From the IMG/VR virus record IMGVR_UViG_3300024306_000016: DNA of 60,545 bases; one strand, written 5' to 3'. Positions 36,401 through 46,384 of the stretch are shown piece after piece; positions within the stretch are counted from its first letter, which is position 1, and each line of letters begins with the position of its first letter. Made by a program: the position numbers and the translations under genes. The stretch comes from an uncultured virus (IMG/VR IMGVR_UViG_3300024306_000016) (taxonomy: Duplodnaviria; Heunggongvirae; Uroviricota; Caudoviricetes). A model generated the notes under the pieces. That model worked only from the letters and a program-made list of their open reading frames with translations. It was not told the origin of the DNA and did no database searches.

Positions 36401-39400
36401 ACCATGCCATTTGTAGATAGCCATTTGACATGGGCTTCCTAGAACAGCTGTGGTTGCTCCTAGAGTTTGTGATCCTATGAACTGTAGTGTACGCTCATCG
36501 ATGATACTAGTGACAGTGTATACTCCATTATATCCTGAAGTCTGTACTCCTGTGATAACGATCTGCGCACCTACTTGACAACCGTGATCAGTATCGTCAG
36601 TGGCCATCGTGATTGTAGCACCTACTGCGGTGCTAGTAGCTGTCAGACTTCTTAGGTCATAGCTAGGAGCAAATAAAGCACCAGTATTGTACATAACTCC
36701 CTTACCAGATTGATAACGGATATATTTTTTACTCATACGTATGGCTGTAGAACCATGCGCCGGCCCGCCTGTACCTAACTGTACTCCGCCGTCGTATGGT
36801 CTATGTACGAAATAACTGTCTGGACGAGCATAAACAATACCAGTCAATGTGTTAGCGATAGTGCCTTGAGATCTCGCTGTGTAGCGTAGTGTGGTCGGGG
36901 TTGGAACCTGCTCAACATAGTACGAGCCTGCTGCTAGTTGAGCATTAGATCCCGAGCTAGTTATCTGTATAGTGAGTGAATCACCTGGAATAAATCCGTG
37001 TGGTGTTTGGAAAGTAACTTCAAGTGTGCTGATTGATGTATAGTTTAATGTTGATGCATCAGCTATTGATGTGCTGGTAAAATCATTAATCGTGAATGCA
37101 CTGATAAATGTTACATTTGGTGCAGTGATCGGTGTTCCTGCGATAGTGAATGTTAAGATTTCACCTCCTGGGGAAACTGTGTCAATCTGAACTGTAGCAT
37201 CGCCGTTGCCACCGGTTATAGTAACGATATCGCCTGCCGTATAGTCCTTACCTGCAGTATTAATAACTGCGGTCAATACTAGTCCGCCTAGGTCTGTAGT
37301 GATATCGACAGTTAGACCAGTTCCTGTGCCTCCGGCTGTGGCAACATTTACATCATCAACATATCCCCCACTACCTGGTGTTACAGCACCTAATACCTGC
37401 GGAATATTTAGATCATTAGCAGTAACAACTGTTACGGTAGCATTGTTAGTTGGTGAAGTGCCTCCTAGGCTGGTTCCCGGAAGTGTTATCGTATCATTAG
37501 CAACATAACTGTTTCCTGTGTTATTACCTATAACTGCTTGATATGTAGCACCTAATCTTGAAACAGTAAATGTTGCGCCACTACCACTGCCGCTAGTAGC
37601 TGACTGTACAATGTTTGCATATGTTTCGTTGGTGCCTTTAATCTGCGAAGTTAGCAGTCCACTTAACAAAATAGTATTAGATGTAATATCAGTAACAGCT
37701 ACCGAAGTACCATCGCCTCGATCTATAACAAGACCAGGAGTAATGCCAGATGTGTTAGTGACCTGTATAGTGTTATCACCAATCTCTGCTGTCGTGATCA
37801 AAGTAGTAGCTGTAACAGTTCCACCGTTGCCTACAACAGAACTAATCTGTGATCCTGTAGGAATACCGGTTCCTGTAATAGGTGCACCAGCAGGAGGAGC
37901 ACTGCCTGTGAAACCAATGATACTGGCTCCACTTGCTGTGATAAGACTAGTGGTTACGGTCCCACTTTGACCGTTTGAATATACATTGAAACTTGGTGTT
38001 CCTACTGAGGCACCAGTATAGAATCCTGCCTTGCGTAGCTGAGTATATGTTTGGCTCAGTGTCGTTGGGTTAGATGTTCCTACTCTTGATTTGGCATAAT
38101 AGGTAAATGTAGTTGAGCTAGGAACAGAAGCTACTAAGAAAGTTCCTTCTGCACGGCTGAAACCTTTAACTGACGCTGCAAGAGCCTTGATGGTAAAGAC
38201 ATCGTTAACTGCGAAACCGTGATTAGCCACGGTAGTTACTGTGATCAAGCTGCTGCCAATATTTCCTGTGCCTGCTGATGCATCTGTAACCACGCTACTG
38301 ACTGGAAGATCGCTACCAGGTATTTCGTACACACTTGGATAGTTACGCATCATAGAGATAGTCTGCCACTTAGTTGGCTGAAGTCCGTACTCAAAGTCAG
38401 CGTCAAGCATTGACTGCGGTATACCAACTTTAACACGTTCCATAGCGTCCGAAGACGAGTTATTCATATGGACTATCTGTTCTTTTCCTTCGACAAAAAT
38501 CTGTATTTGATCGGTGACCATCATTCCAGATGTGTCAATGTCAAAGGTTACGGTGGTTATTTTTTCATTGCCGTAGAGTGCTGCTGGAAAATCTGAATCG
38601 TAAAATCCGTCATAGGTAACTTCAGCAGCAGTGTCAGGATCACTAAAGTTATACATGATAACATTTCGTGATGTGTTAGTGATCAATAAAATATCTTTTT
38701 GTTTGTAGAATCCTGGAAACTTGACATAACCACGATTTGAAATCTTTGTAGGTAAAGCAGTGAGACCGTTGACTAGCACGTCAATCAGCCCGTTAGCCAA
38801 TGTTGACACCAACGTAGCACCAAATACTTCTGCGGGCACTGATGGTTCTATAACCTGCGGTACTGCTGTCTGTCTAGCAGCAAAAGCAACATTCGAAAGG
38901 ATATAGTTTTCTACAAGATCTCTTAAGAATGTATGAGCATAGACTTCTGGTTGACGATCACCATCTACCTGTGGGATGCCGTTTTCAAAATACTTTGAAG
39001 CATAGTTTACAGTTTTATTATTACCACCGCTGGCTATATCGTGTATATAGGCATCAACCATATAGCTGATGTCTCTGCGACACTTGGCTGCATTGTAGGT
39101 ATAATAAGCAAACGGTGCTATATTATTGGCAACGTTATAGGCGATATAAGCGATGACTTCTTCTTGGATGAATCTCTTATTATCATCTAATAACTTAACG
39201 GTGTTAGGAGCCAATCCACCATTCTGTGGATTTGGAGCAACAACTGTTGGTAAACTGCTAAGGCCTATGTTTATAGCATTGATAGTTATGTTAAACAATA
39301 CATTGGTGCCGTGGATACCAAGAGCTTCTGCGGGGTTGCCTGCGATAGTTACCTGTGTAGCACCACTAACGTTGTTTAATCTAGTATAGGGTGTATTAGT

Positions 39401-39787
39401 TAGAATATTAGTTGCGATCTTTCCTAGCAACCATTGATATGTCGCCACTTCAACACTAGGTGTTAGAATCTGTATAGCACTGTTAAGATAAAATCTAGAA
39501 GCTATCTGATAGCTAGCTGAGTTGCCGCCGTAGGTCAAATCATATATGATAGAATCTATGATGTATCCTGTGTCTCTGCGACATTTAGCTTGGCGTGTAG
39601 TTGTGTAACTGTATCCAGTAAATGGTGCTTGGCTGGCGGCTATCTGTTGTGTGATGTAGGCATTCATTTCCTCTATCAGGAATGATTTGTTAGCCGTCAA
39701 CAACGCTACGGTATTTGGATATTGACCGTAGGCAGGAGGTACCGCTCCTGGTGTAAACTTAAAATATGAAATCTGTTTCTTTGCCAT
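33419..39787 (-). CDS. large virion structural protein (fibre/baseplate-associated), 2122 aa
   Basis: Thr/Gly/Ser-rich beta repeats, two KCRRD modules, LLITN..N..YNF.D and DADFEYGLQPTKW segments, four C-terminal repeats. Confidence 0.8.
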   Translation of the reverse strand: MAKKQISYFKFTPGAVPPAYGQYPNTVALLTANKSFLIEEMNAYITQQIAASQAPFTGYSYTTTRQAKCRRDTGYIIDSIIYDLTYGGNSASYQIASRFYLNSAIQILTPSVEVATYQWLLGKIATNILTNTPYTRLNNVSGATQVTIAGNPAEALGIHGTNVLFNITINAINIGLSSLPTVVAPNPQNGGLAPNTVKLLDDNKRFIQEEVIAYIAYNVANNIAPFAYYTYNAAKCRRDISYMVDAYIHDIASGGNNKTVNYASKYFENGIPQVDGDRQPEVYAHTFLRDLVENYILSNVAFAARQTAVPQVIEPSVPAEVFGATLVSTLANGLIDVLVNGLTALPTKISNRGYVKFPGFYKQKDILLITNTSRNVIMYNFSDPDTAAEVTYDGFYDSDFPAALYGNEKITTVTFDIDTSGMMVTDQIQIFVEGKEQIVHMNNSSSDAMERVKVGIPQSMLDADFEYGLQPTKWQTISMMRNYPSVYEIPGSDLPVSSVVTDASAGTGNIGSSLITVTTVANHGFAVNDVFTIKALAASVKGFSRAEGTFLVASVPSSTTFTYYAKSRVGTSNPTTLSQTYTQLRKAGFYTGASVGTPSFNVYSNGQSGTVTTSLITASGASIIGFTGSAPPAGAPITGTGIPTGSQISSVVGNGGTVTATTLITTAEIGDNTIQVTNTSGITPGLVIDRGDGTSVAVTDITSNTILLSGLLTSQIKGTNETYANIVQSATSGSGSGATFTVSRLGATYQAVIGNNTGNSYVANDTITLPGTSLGGTSPTNNATVTVVTANDLNIPQVLGAVTPGSGGYVDDVNVATAGGTGTGLTVDITTDLGGLVLTAVINTAGKDYTAGDIVTITGGNGDATVQIDTVSPGGEILTFTIAGTPITAPNVTFISAFTINDFTSTSIADASTLNYTSISTLEVTFQTPHGFIPGDSLTIQITSSGSNAQLAAGSYYVEQVPTPTTLRYTARSQGTIANTLTGIVYARPDSYFVHRPYDGGVQLGTGGPAHGSTAIRMSKKYIRYQSGKGVMYNTGALFAPSYDLRSLTATSTAVGATITMATDDTDHGCQVGAQIVITGVQTSGYNGVYTVTSIIDERTLQFIGSQTLGATTAVLGSPCQMAIYKWHGSTVRSGTFDDQNGMFWQYDGQRMAVGKRSSTFQLAGTINLAANSNAVTGTNTRFTQQLAVGDRIVIKGMSHVVSGITSDTALTVTPDYRGVTNVVGGRACKTIDLIIPQESWNLDPLDGSGPSGYNIDVTKMQMIGMQWTWYGAGFVDFMLRGPTGDYTWAHRFRNSNVNAEAYMRTGNQPVRYEVINEGAKGRLSAAMTISQTTVPMSSDDCYWFPTSGIVSIDGELIRFTGNSGTALTGCTRAATMTQFVAGSNRTFSGGAAATHNSGAGVVLVSSTVTPIISHWGSAFMIDGQFDSDRGYLFNYVASGITVSTAKTTAFLIRLAPSVSNAQTGDLGERELLNRAQLLLQNISITSDSGTTGGLVIEGVLNPQNYPTDPTKITWNGLASSAAGGQPSFAQVASGGSVTWGGNFSQTTSTVQGAFTTTLTAKSFAASTQTLTATGFAAVTRTAQAQSFGTLGQSVTALGFANGQPYGNNTYVSAISTARNDFLITNTQYDALTLVPQPGDAVTGANIAANSVISSVTRAYNGGLYTRIVMDRNGSGTSTAGSGNNVPVTITTAYSSTYRSALSTARNDFLISNTDYDTILASTPLAIGDPTSATTYITGGQTVTGFTRSYITINSVAYTRVTLSGVATATSPVAATNGAQNVTVTFTSSVAALYNNAISSTRADFLIPQSQYNGFGGNLKVTDVLSATTYVTGGQTVSSITQNYTTINTTVYARIVMTANGNGNSPAGANPVTVTSTSALTAAYGSALTTGRSDFLVTDTEWNASGILAGDTLSATTFITGGQTVLSVTTGYAVISTVSYTRVVMSANANANSTSGSGNDVTVTVTAAGSRASYTNTNYLFFDSTSWASGGATIGTFLATTVTSFPAGTAVGAISTRTFGATTVYRVSFTQSSNATINAAATITWQFGAAYALPGEQVFSFISLPGGSDSLDLSGLKELTSTSIGGRGTFPNGPDVLAINVYKTSGSNTTSNVIIRWGEAQA
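33880..34960 (-). repeat. four ~80-100-aa internal repeats (Y.SA(I/L)S..R.DFL)
   Basis: Units begin YVSAISTARNDFLI, YRSALSTARNDFLI, YNNAISSTRADFLI and YGSALTTGRSDFLV. A 28-nt exact repeat lies at 34654-34681 and 34915-34942. Confidence 0.75.
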
Positions 39788-39807
39788 TTACTATTTTTCC
39801 TCAGATA

Positions 39808-40629
39808 TTAGCTTAACGCCACTGCCATAGCGACAGCTCTTTTATCTACATAATTTTTATTAGTAGCGTGTGTTCTTATTGTTGGGTTGGTGGGTACAAC
39901 TACGTTTCCACTTACTGACACACTACCACCGAATGTTGTATTTCCTGTGGCAGACACTGTGCCTGCGATCGTTACATTTCCTGCGACATCTAATGATACC
40001 AATGATCCAACACTGGTAAGACTTGAGCCTACTACGTTGCTGGCTATAAAAGTTCCAGTCAACCCCTGCGCATTTGAATTTATTTCTATGTTGGCTGTGC
40101 CATCAAACAACTGGTTATTAATCGTCCTAGCAGTGGCCAGCTTGGTTGCCGTGTCAGCATTACCAGTTAAACTACCTGTAACATTACCTGTTACATTGCC
40201 CTGCACATTTCCAACTACTGGTCCTGTATGTGTACCTGAAGTACCGCCAGTGACGTTACCCGTAACATTACCTGTTATATTACCTGTAAAAGTTCCAGAT
40301 ATTGTTGTTGCAGAAATCGATGATAGCCCAGAAAGAGAAGTTAGAGAACCCCCCAAAGATATCGTATTGCTACCGATAGTCACGGTGCTGTTTGCTAGTT
40401 TGCTGTTGGGTATATTTCCAGTCAACGCACTAGATGGAATCGTTGTTTCTAGATTTGAAAGATCTGCCCTTAGTATTTGATGCCCGCCCGTTACAAAGCC
40501 GTCAAATACTCTGATACTAACAGTCGAAGGGTCAAAAAACACTTCGCCCTTGCTGGCTACCTTGCGATTTAAGGTAGTTATATCATAGTTAGGAAGTAAT
40601 CTGATGCTGTTAAAGTTGTTGGTAGACAT
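39808..40629 (-). CDS. short fibre/shaft-like virion protein
   Basis: GNVT repeats, NADTATKLATARTIN..FDGTANI, SSLTSVGSL, HATNKNYVD..AMAVALS. Confidence 0.75.
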   Translation of the reverse strand: MSTNNFNSIRLLPNYDITTLNRKVASKGEVFFDPSTVSIRVFDGFVTGGHQILRADLSNLETTIPSSALTGNIPNSKLANSTVTIGSNTISLGGSLTSLSGLSSISATTISGTFTGNITGNVTGNVTGGTSGTHTGPVVGNVQGNVTGNVTGSLTGNADTATKLATARTINNQLFDGTANIEINSNAQGLTGTFIASNVVGSSLTSVGSLVSLDVAGNVTIAGTVSATGNTTFGGSVSVSGNVVVPTNPTIRTHATNKNYVDKRAVAMAVALS

Positions 40630-40717
40630 AGCTATACATGGTCCTCGTCCTATTATTTATCAGTTTGAAATTTTTCAGAACCTGCGTTATCAGCTCCTTT
40701 TAAGCGTAAATATCCAT

Positions 40718-41548
40718 ATGTTTAATCTGTTTAAAAAGAAAAAAAGCTGGGTAAGATTCTATAGTCTAGATCAGAATGTTGCTGCGATCTACCCAGTCAC
40801 ACAGTCTAAACTAGTAGACAGAGATTGGAATGGGCTAGGAAATACCGAAAGAAACCGCCCAGAACAAGGGCGTCAAACGGTGTTAAACTGCCCGGCTATC
40901 AAGCAGCTAACTAGAACTGGGTATGTTCTTAGGGCTCCAGCAGATTTTGTCATCAAAACAGGTCCTAGCATCGAACACCTAAGCTGGGAAACTCCTTTCT
41001 TGTTTAAGCGGCACAGTGACAAATATACATTCGGCGGCACTGATTATTATGTAAGCTGGCATAGTCCTGCACAGACAGAACCATTAATACCTAAAGAAAT
41101 ACCTAACACAGATCGCCCCCATCTACACAGTGCTGTAAAAGTAGAAACTCCATGGCGTGTAAAGGCCAGCGATGACATTTTACTATTGCAGATTCCTGTT
41201 AGTTATGACAACGAAGCTAGATTTACAGCAGCTACAGGAATCGTTGATCCTAGGTACATGCATGCCGTAAGCGTACAACTGTTTTGGCATGTGCTAGAAG
41301 GCGATACACTGATTCGCGCCGGAACTCCATTGGTACAATATGTCCCTATTAGCAGAAAACTAGTAGAACAAAACGGTGTAGATTTTATTGTTGATGTTGC
41401 AGGACCAGTCGAGGAAGAAATAGAAGATGCCTATACTTTTTCTAATCACAGTAGATTTCCTAGATCAGACAGTGTAGGAAATAAGATGCGTGTGATTACG
41501 GATCTGTTTAGTTTCTTCCGTAAAAAATATCCTAAAAATAAGATTTAA
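40718..41548 (+). CDS. hypothetical protein (possible dUTPase-like beta fold), paralogue of 55381-56175
   Basis: CPAI..GY..APADF, KVETPWRV, FTAATGIVD, IRAGTPLVQYVP; TAAATA-N5-ATG at 40718. Confidence 0.65.
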   Translation: MFNLFKKKKSWVRFYSLDQNVAAIYPVTQSKLVDRDWNGLGNTERNRPEQGRQTVLNCPAIKQLTRTGYVLRAPADFVIKTGPSIEHLSWETPFLFKRHSDKYTFGGTDYYVSWHSPAQTEPLIPKEIPNTDRPHLHSAVKVETPWRVKASDDILLLQIPVSYDNEARFTAATGIVDPRYMHAVSVQLFWHVLEGDTLIRAGTPLVQYVPISRKLVEQNGVDFIVDVAGPVEEEIEDAYTFSNHSRFPRSDSVGNKMRVITDLFSFFRKKYPKNKI

Positions 41549-42138
41549 AGATGTAGTTTGGTCAAGGGCATGGTGTTGATCTGCCCTTTGATAAAAGTGT
41601 TTACAGCCAGACTAATACGAGGAACGTTTCCTTGATATTCAGTGACCATATGTTCCATGCTGCTAGGAAATATCAACATTTCTCCGACTTTAGGTGTAAG
41701 GCTCCAACTCTTTGAGTTATAGATGTTGGATTCGTCAATGTCATACTCCAGTAACTGGTATTCGCTGGTTATAAACTTAGTCTGACCCGATTCCCCTTCA
41801 GTTTGCAGATAAAGCACTGTAGAAAACACACTGTTGGGATGATAATGTCTGTGATGTATTTGACCTTTTTCTGTTTTATTAAACCAACTTTCAGTGATAG
41901 CGATCTCTATACGTTGATTGGCTCGCATAACACCATAAAAGTATTCGCAGATTCCGTCGTATACTCCTTGAGCTAGTTTTTCAAACTCGGGTTTTTCTAG
42001 TACATTTTGATCTTTACTGATCCAGTTATTGTAGTTTGGCAACCATTCTATGCTGGTTAAATCCACACCCGATACATCTACTCCGGTCCTAAAAACTGGT
42101 TTTGAAAACAGCGGCCATATTGATTTTTCTACATTCAT
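41545..42138 (-). CDS. Fe(II)/2OG oxygenase (TIGR02466-like)
   Basis: SWFN..HYHPNS..S.V.YL, LIFPS..EHMV, RISLAVN. Confidence 0.8.
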   Translation of the reverse strand: MNVEKSIWPLFSKPVFRTGVDVSGVDLTSIEWLPNYNNWISKDQNVLEKPEFEKLAQGVYDGICEYFYGVMRANQRIEIAITESWFNKTEKGQIHHRHYHPNSVFSTVLYLQTEGESGQTKFITSEYQLLEYDIDESNIYNSKSWSLTPKVGEMLIFPSSMEHMVTEYQGNVPRISLAVNTFIKGQINTMPLTKLHL

Positions 42139-42183
42139 TATAAGTCTCTTGTAATAATCTGCTTAGATATATAGTACTGTACG

Positions 42184-42774
42184 ATGACAATACCTATGAA
42201 ACTGGAAAAAGATATAGCTACATTCGAGGGCGTTCTGACAGCTGAAGAATGCCAAACTCTCATCGATCATTATAATCGAATGGCAGATCTTAATCTCAGT
42301 TACAGCAGGTTAGATCTTCGAGACGGAATAGCACATAAGAAAAAAGATAAAGCTAGTTTTCTTTTAGAGGAAAACAGTCTAAGACTAACAGCAAATACAG
42401 GTTATATCAAGTATTTTGTTGATAGACTATGGGCCTGTTGGAGCGAGTACGTATCACATTACAGTATCTTAGATGACGTTGGACATTTTCACATACGCAT
42501 GATAAAGCTACAAAAAACTCTTCCCGGAGAAGGGTATCATCAATGGCATTTTGAATCTGATAACATGGATCGTGCCGGCAGAATAGCTGCCTGGGGATGC
42601 TATCTAAACACTGTAGATCAAGGTGGCGAAACAGAATGGCTGTATCAAGGCATTAGGATACCTAGCATACAGGGAAATCTAGTCATATGGCCAGCGGCTT
42701 TCACCCATACACACAGAGGCAATCCACCATTGAGCGGCGAAAAATATCTACTCACTGGTTGGATTGAACTATAA
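42184..42774 (+). CDS. Fe(II)/2OG oxygenase (prolyl-4-hydroxylase-like)
   Basis: GYHQWHFE, YLNTV.QGGET, WPAAFTHTHRGNPP, KYLLTGW. Confidence 0.85.
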   Translation: MTIPMKLEKDIATFEGVLTAEECQTLIDHYNRMADLNLSYSRLDLRDGIAHKKKDKASFLLEENSLRLTANTGYIKYFVDRLWACWSEYVSHYSILDDVGHFHIRMIKLQKTLPGEGYHQWHFESDNMDRAGRIAAWGCYLNTVDQGGETEWLYQGIRIPSIQGNLVIWPAAFTHTHRGNPPLSGEKYLLTGWIEL

Positions 42775-43380
42775 ATGCAGACACTACAGCTTTTTCCTAC
42801 AGAAGTTTTCGTTTTTGAAAACAAATCTATCGATAATCAGGCCCTTATCGAAAAGATGAAAGTGCTTAATGGCACTGAAATAAAAAGAACCACCACGATT
42901 AGTATCCTATACGATCTACGTAAAGAAGCAGATTTCAAAGAACTGTTTGATTGGTTCGATGCATGCCTAGAAGAAATACGTGTGGCACAGAAATTTGACT
43001 GCGACAAGATAGTGATAACAAACAGTTGGTTCAACGTCGCACTCAGCGGTTACAACATGTATCAAAACTATCATAAACATTCTATGAGCATGTTCAGTGC
43101 GGTCTATTACATGACCGAAGGCAGCGCAACTATCTTTGAAGATCCTGAAGTGCATAGGACTGAATCAGAACTTGAAGTACTAAGACATGATTTTAGTCCT
43201 TGGTATAGGTCTGTGGCCACTCCAGGAAAGTTAATAGTTTTTCCTAGCTGGCTGTATCATATGAGCGAGCCTCACATACTGAGCAACGATCGATATATTA
43301 TAAGTTTTAACACATTTCCTAGTGGTCGGATCAATCATAATCTTGCTACTGATTCGAAAATCACCTTGGACATAAAATAA
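42775..43380 (+). CDS. Fe(II)/2OG oxygenase (TIGR02466-like)
   Basis: SWFN..HKH, FPSWLYH, RYIISFN. Confidence 0.8.
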   Translation: MQTLQLFPTEVFVFENKSIDNQALIEKMKVLNGTEIKRTTTISILYDLRKEADFKELFDWFDACLEEIRVAQKFDCDKIVITNSWFNVALSGYNMYQNYHKHSMSMFSAVYYMTEGSATIFEDPEVHRTESELEVLRHDFSPWYRSVATPGKLIVFPSWLYHMSEPHILSNDRYIISFNTFPSGRINHNLATDSKITLDIK

Positions 43381-44879
43381 TGATCAATGATATTATTGTA
43401 CTAGGAGGCGGAAACGCCGGATACATGTCGGCATTATATCTCAAGAGTTCATTTCCTGAGATGGATATCACTGTTATCAAGTCTAAAAAGATAGGTACTA
43501 TCGGCGTCGGCGAAGGCAGTACTGAACACTGGACTAGATTCGCTCAGGCTGTGGGAATCACCATAGGCGATCTAATGGTACACTGCGGAGCTACAATAAA
43601 AGTAGGCATTAAGTTTGAAAACTGGCATGGTGACGGTACCAGCTATTATCATAGTCTACCTGAGTACTTAATCAATATGAATAGATACTCAGGTGCTGCT
43701 TACTCTATGATGAGACTCATAGGCGACGGAGTTTCCAGCGAAAACTTGCATTGGGATCTTCCCATGCAAGGATATGTCAGAGAACCTCTGACAGATTATT
43801 ATCAGTTCCACTTTGACAGTGAAAAACTCAATAACTATCTGCGAGATCGTTGTGCTATCTCGGGAATAAAAGTCATAGATGCAGAAATCAAAGGACCGAT
43901 ATTAGATCAACAAGGCTTTGTTGAGTCTGTGATTGACGATCAAGGTAATAGATATGCTGCTGATTTTTTCATAGACAGCAGTGGATTCAACAGAGTTATA
44001 GCATCTGACCTAGGAGCAGAATGGATCGACTGGAGCAAATACCTGCCATTGAACTCTGCTATAGCTTTCCAGACGTCCTATGAAGAAAAGATTCCCCCCT
44101 ACACCCTCGCTAAAGCCATGAACAGCGGTTGGCATTGGCGTAGTCCTGTGCAGGATCGTTTTGGTAACGGTTATGTTTTCAGCGATCATTTTATTACTGA
44201 AGACCAAGCAGTGTCTGAAATACAAAAACACTTCAAGGATACCATCAAGATAGGCCGCAAGATTAACTTTAAATCAGGTAAGGTCAATCGTGCATGGATT
44301 AAAAACTGCGTGAGCATAGGTCTTAGCAGCAACTTTGTAGAGCCGTTAGAAGCTTCTAGTATATCTACGACCATAAAACAACTGCAACTATTATCAGGCG
44401 CACTATGGAACTGGACCCGAGAAGATCAGTCTAGCATAAAAGAATATAATCACACAGTCGACGATATGATGTCAAACATACTCGATTTTATACAACTGCA
44501 CTATTTCACCGAACGCAATGACACAGAGTTCTGGCGCTGGTGCAAAAATGAAATGACCATGACTGATTTTCACAAAGAAAATCTAGAAAACTTTAAGAAA
44601 AACTTTGTTAATCAAATACTGTTACCTGAAGACGGTCTTATGAGTAACTTTAGGATCTATGATTGCCTAAACTGGATACAGGTCATGCACGGTCTACGCA
44701 TGTTTGACACCGCTAGTATAAAAAATCTATTCGAAAAAAGATACGGATACCTGAGAAAAGACGACGAAGAATATCTATCTAGATTCGAGAATACACCTAC
44801 AGAAGGTTGGCTGACCTGTAGAGAAGCTGTAAATAAAGTCAAAGCGATGGTCAGCAATACGGTGGAATATAAACTATGA
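43380..44879 (+). CDS. flavin-dependent tryptophan-halogenase-like protein
   Basis: LGGGNAG, IGVGEGS, ATIKVGIKF (catalytic Lys), DFFIDSSGF, GWHWRSP, R.GNGYVF, FVEPLEAS. Confidence 0.88.
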   Translation: MINDIIVLGGGNAGYMSALYLKSSFPEMDITVIKSKKIGTIGVGEGSTEHWTRFAQAVGITIGDLMVHCGATIKVGIKFENWHGDGTSYYHSLPEYLINMNRYSGAAYSMMRLIGDGVSSENLHWDLPMQGYVREPLTDYYQFHFDSEKLNNYLRDRCAISGIKVIDAEIKGPILDQQGFVESVIDDQGNRYAADFFIDSSGFNRVIASDLGAEWIDWSKYLPLNSAIAFQTSYEEKIPPYTLAKAMNSGWHWRSPVQDRFGNGYVFSDHFITEDQAVSEIQKHFKDTIKIGRKINFKSGKVNRAWIKNCVSIGLSSNFVEPLEASSISTTIKQLQLLSGALWNWTREDQSSIKEYNHTVDDMMSNILDFIQLHYFTERNDTEFWRWCKNEMTMTDFHKENLENFKKNFVNQILLPEDGLMSNFRIYDCLNWIQVMHGLRMFDTASIKNLFEKRYGYLRKDDEEYLSRFENTPTEGWLTCREAVNKVKAMVSNTVEYKL

Positions 44880-46384
44880 TAAAATCTTTAATAATTTTAG
44901 GCGGTGGAACCAGCGGTCTTATTAGTGCCCTGATGCTGAAGAGCGGTTGGCCTGATTTAAAAATCACTATGATTGAATCATCTGCACTAGGAATCATTGG
45001 CGTTGGAGAAGGCAGTACCGAGCATTGGAAAAGATTCATGAAACAGGCAGACATATCTGTGTTTGATATGATGCGCAATACCGGTGCAACTTTTAAAATA
45101 GGTATCAAGTTTACAAACTGGAACGGAGATGGCAAGCATTATTTCCATAGTCTGGCAGAGCAGTTTGGAACCCACAGTAGATTCAATGGCATTCCGTATA
45201 CTCTGGAAAAGCTAATCGCTGAAAACTTTGATCCTTTAGACACTGTTTATAAAAAAAGCATGAACAGTATGCATTCCGAACCATTGCATGACAGTCTAGC
45301 TCAGTATCATTTTGATACATTTAAACTAAACAAATATTTCCATGATCTGTGCGCTGAACGCGGAATAGAACTAGTTGATACTAAGATTGACGATGTAGTT
45401 TTAGACGAACAAGGATATGTCAGCGAACTCGTCGGCAACGATGGTCAAAGACATTCTGCTGATTTTTTTATTGATTGCTCAGGATTTAGAAGAATTATTG
45501 GTAGCAAGTTAGATGCCAAATGGCTAGATAAGACTGATCAGCTACCATTAAATTCTGCGCTGGCATTTCCTACAGCATACCAAGAACATATTCCTTCTTA
45601 TACAGAATCTACGGCACTGAGCAGTGGGTGGGTATGGCGTATTCCTACCCAGGATAGGTTTGGCAACGGTTATGTTTTCTGTGATAGTTTTATTGACGAA
45701 ACTAAAGCCTATGATGAGGTTAGCCAACACTATAAACAACTAGGAATCTCAGACAACATAGAAATAGGAAAAAAGATAAAGTTTGGTGCAGGTCATGTCG
45801 AAAAGTTTTGGATAAAAAACTGTGTAATGACTGGGCTTAGTGGGATATTTGTAGAACCACTAGAAGCATCTAGTATGGGTACCACTATCCAACAGACTTT
45901 CCTACTCTTGCCCAGTTTATATTATTATGTGAAAGGCGATACACATGCTGAAGAGATCTATAATAAGCAGATGTCTGAAATAGCAGAAAACATAGTCGAT
46001 TTCATACAGCTACATTATTTTACAAAGAGAAACGACAGTGAGTTTTGGCAGTGGGTTAATAACAATATCAAGTACACTGATTTTAATCGGGAGAATATGT
46101 CATTCTTTAAAAAGCATGGTGTACATACTCACTATTTTCAAAGTGAAATGCTCCTGTTTAGACATTTAAACTTTATGCAGGTAATGCACGGACTTGGTAT
46201 GTTTGACACTGAATCCTTGAATAAAAAATGGTCTGAACATATGAAAAATAGATATGATACTGTTATTCAAAAGGAATTATTCGAAGGTGATAAATGGCAC
46301 GATCAAAATGCTACATTCTATACTCATAGAGAAGCTATCGAAATGATAAAACAAAGGAATGATAATGTACAATACAAGTTCTAA
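44876..46384 (+). CDS. flavin-dependent tryptophan-halogenase-like protein
   Basis: LGGGTSG, IGVGEGS, ATFKIGIKF, DCSGF, GWVWRIP, FVEPLEAS. Confidence 0.9.
   Translation: MIKSLIILGGGTSGLISALMLKSGWPDLKITMIESSALGIIGVGEGSTEHWKRFMKQADISVFDMMRNTGATFKIGIKFTNWNGDGKHYFHSLAEQFGTHSRFNGIPYTLEKLIAENFDPLDTVYKKSMNSMHSEPLHDSLAQYHFDTFKLNKYFHDLCAERGIELVDTKIDDVVLDEQGYVSELVGNDGQRHSADFFIDCSGFRRIIGSKLDAKWLDKTDQLPLNSALAFPTAYQEHIPSYTESTALSSGWVWRIPTQDRFGNGYVFCDSFIDETKAYDEVSQHYKQLGISDNIEIGKKIKFGAGHVEKFWIKNCVMTGLSGIFVEPLEASSMGTTIQQTFLLLPSLYYYVKGDTHAEEIYNKQMSEIAENIVDFIQLHYFTKRNDSEFWQWVNNNIKYTDFNRENMSFFKKHGVHTHYFQSEMLLFRHLNFMQVMHGLGMFDTESLNKKWSEHMKNRYDTVIQKELFEGDKWHDQNATFYTHREAIEMIKQRNDNVQYKF

Noticed and set aside
39887..40480. 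197-aa plus-strand ORF and similar antisense ORFs (e.g. 37611-37970, 13752-14087, 15121-15480, 18941-19333)
   Set aside because: These are shadow frames opposite well-supported genes, with no RBS or recognisable motifs.
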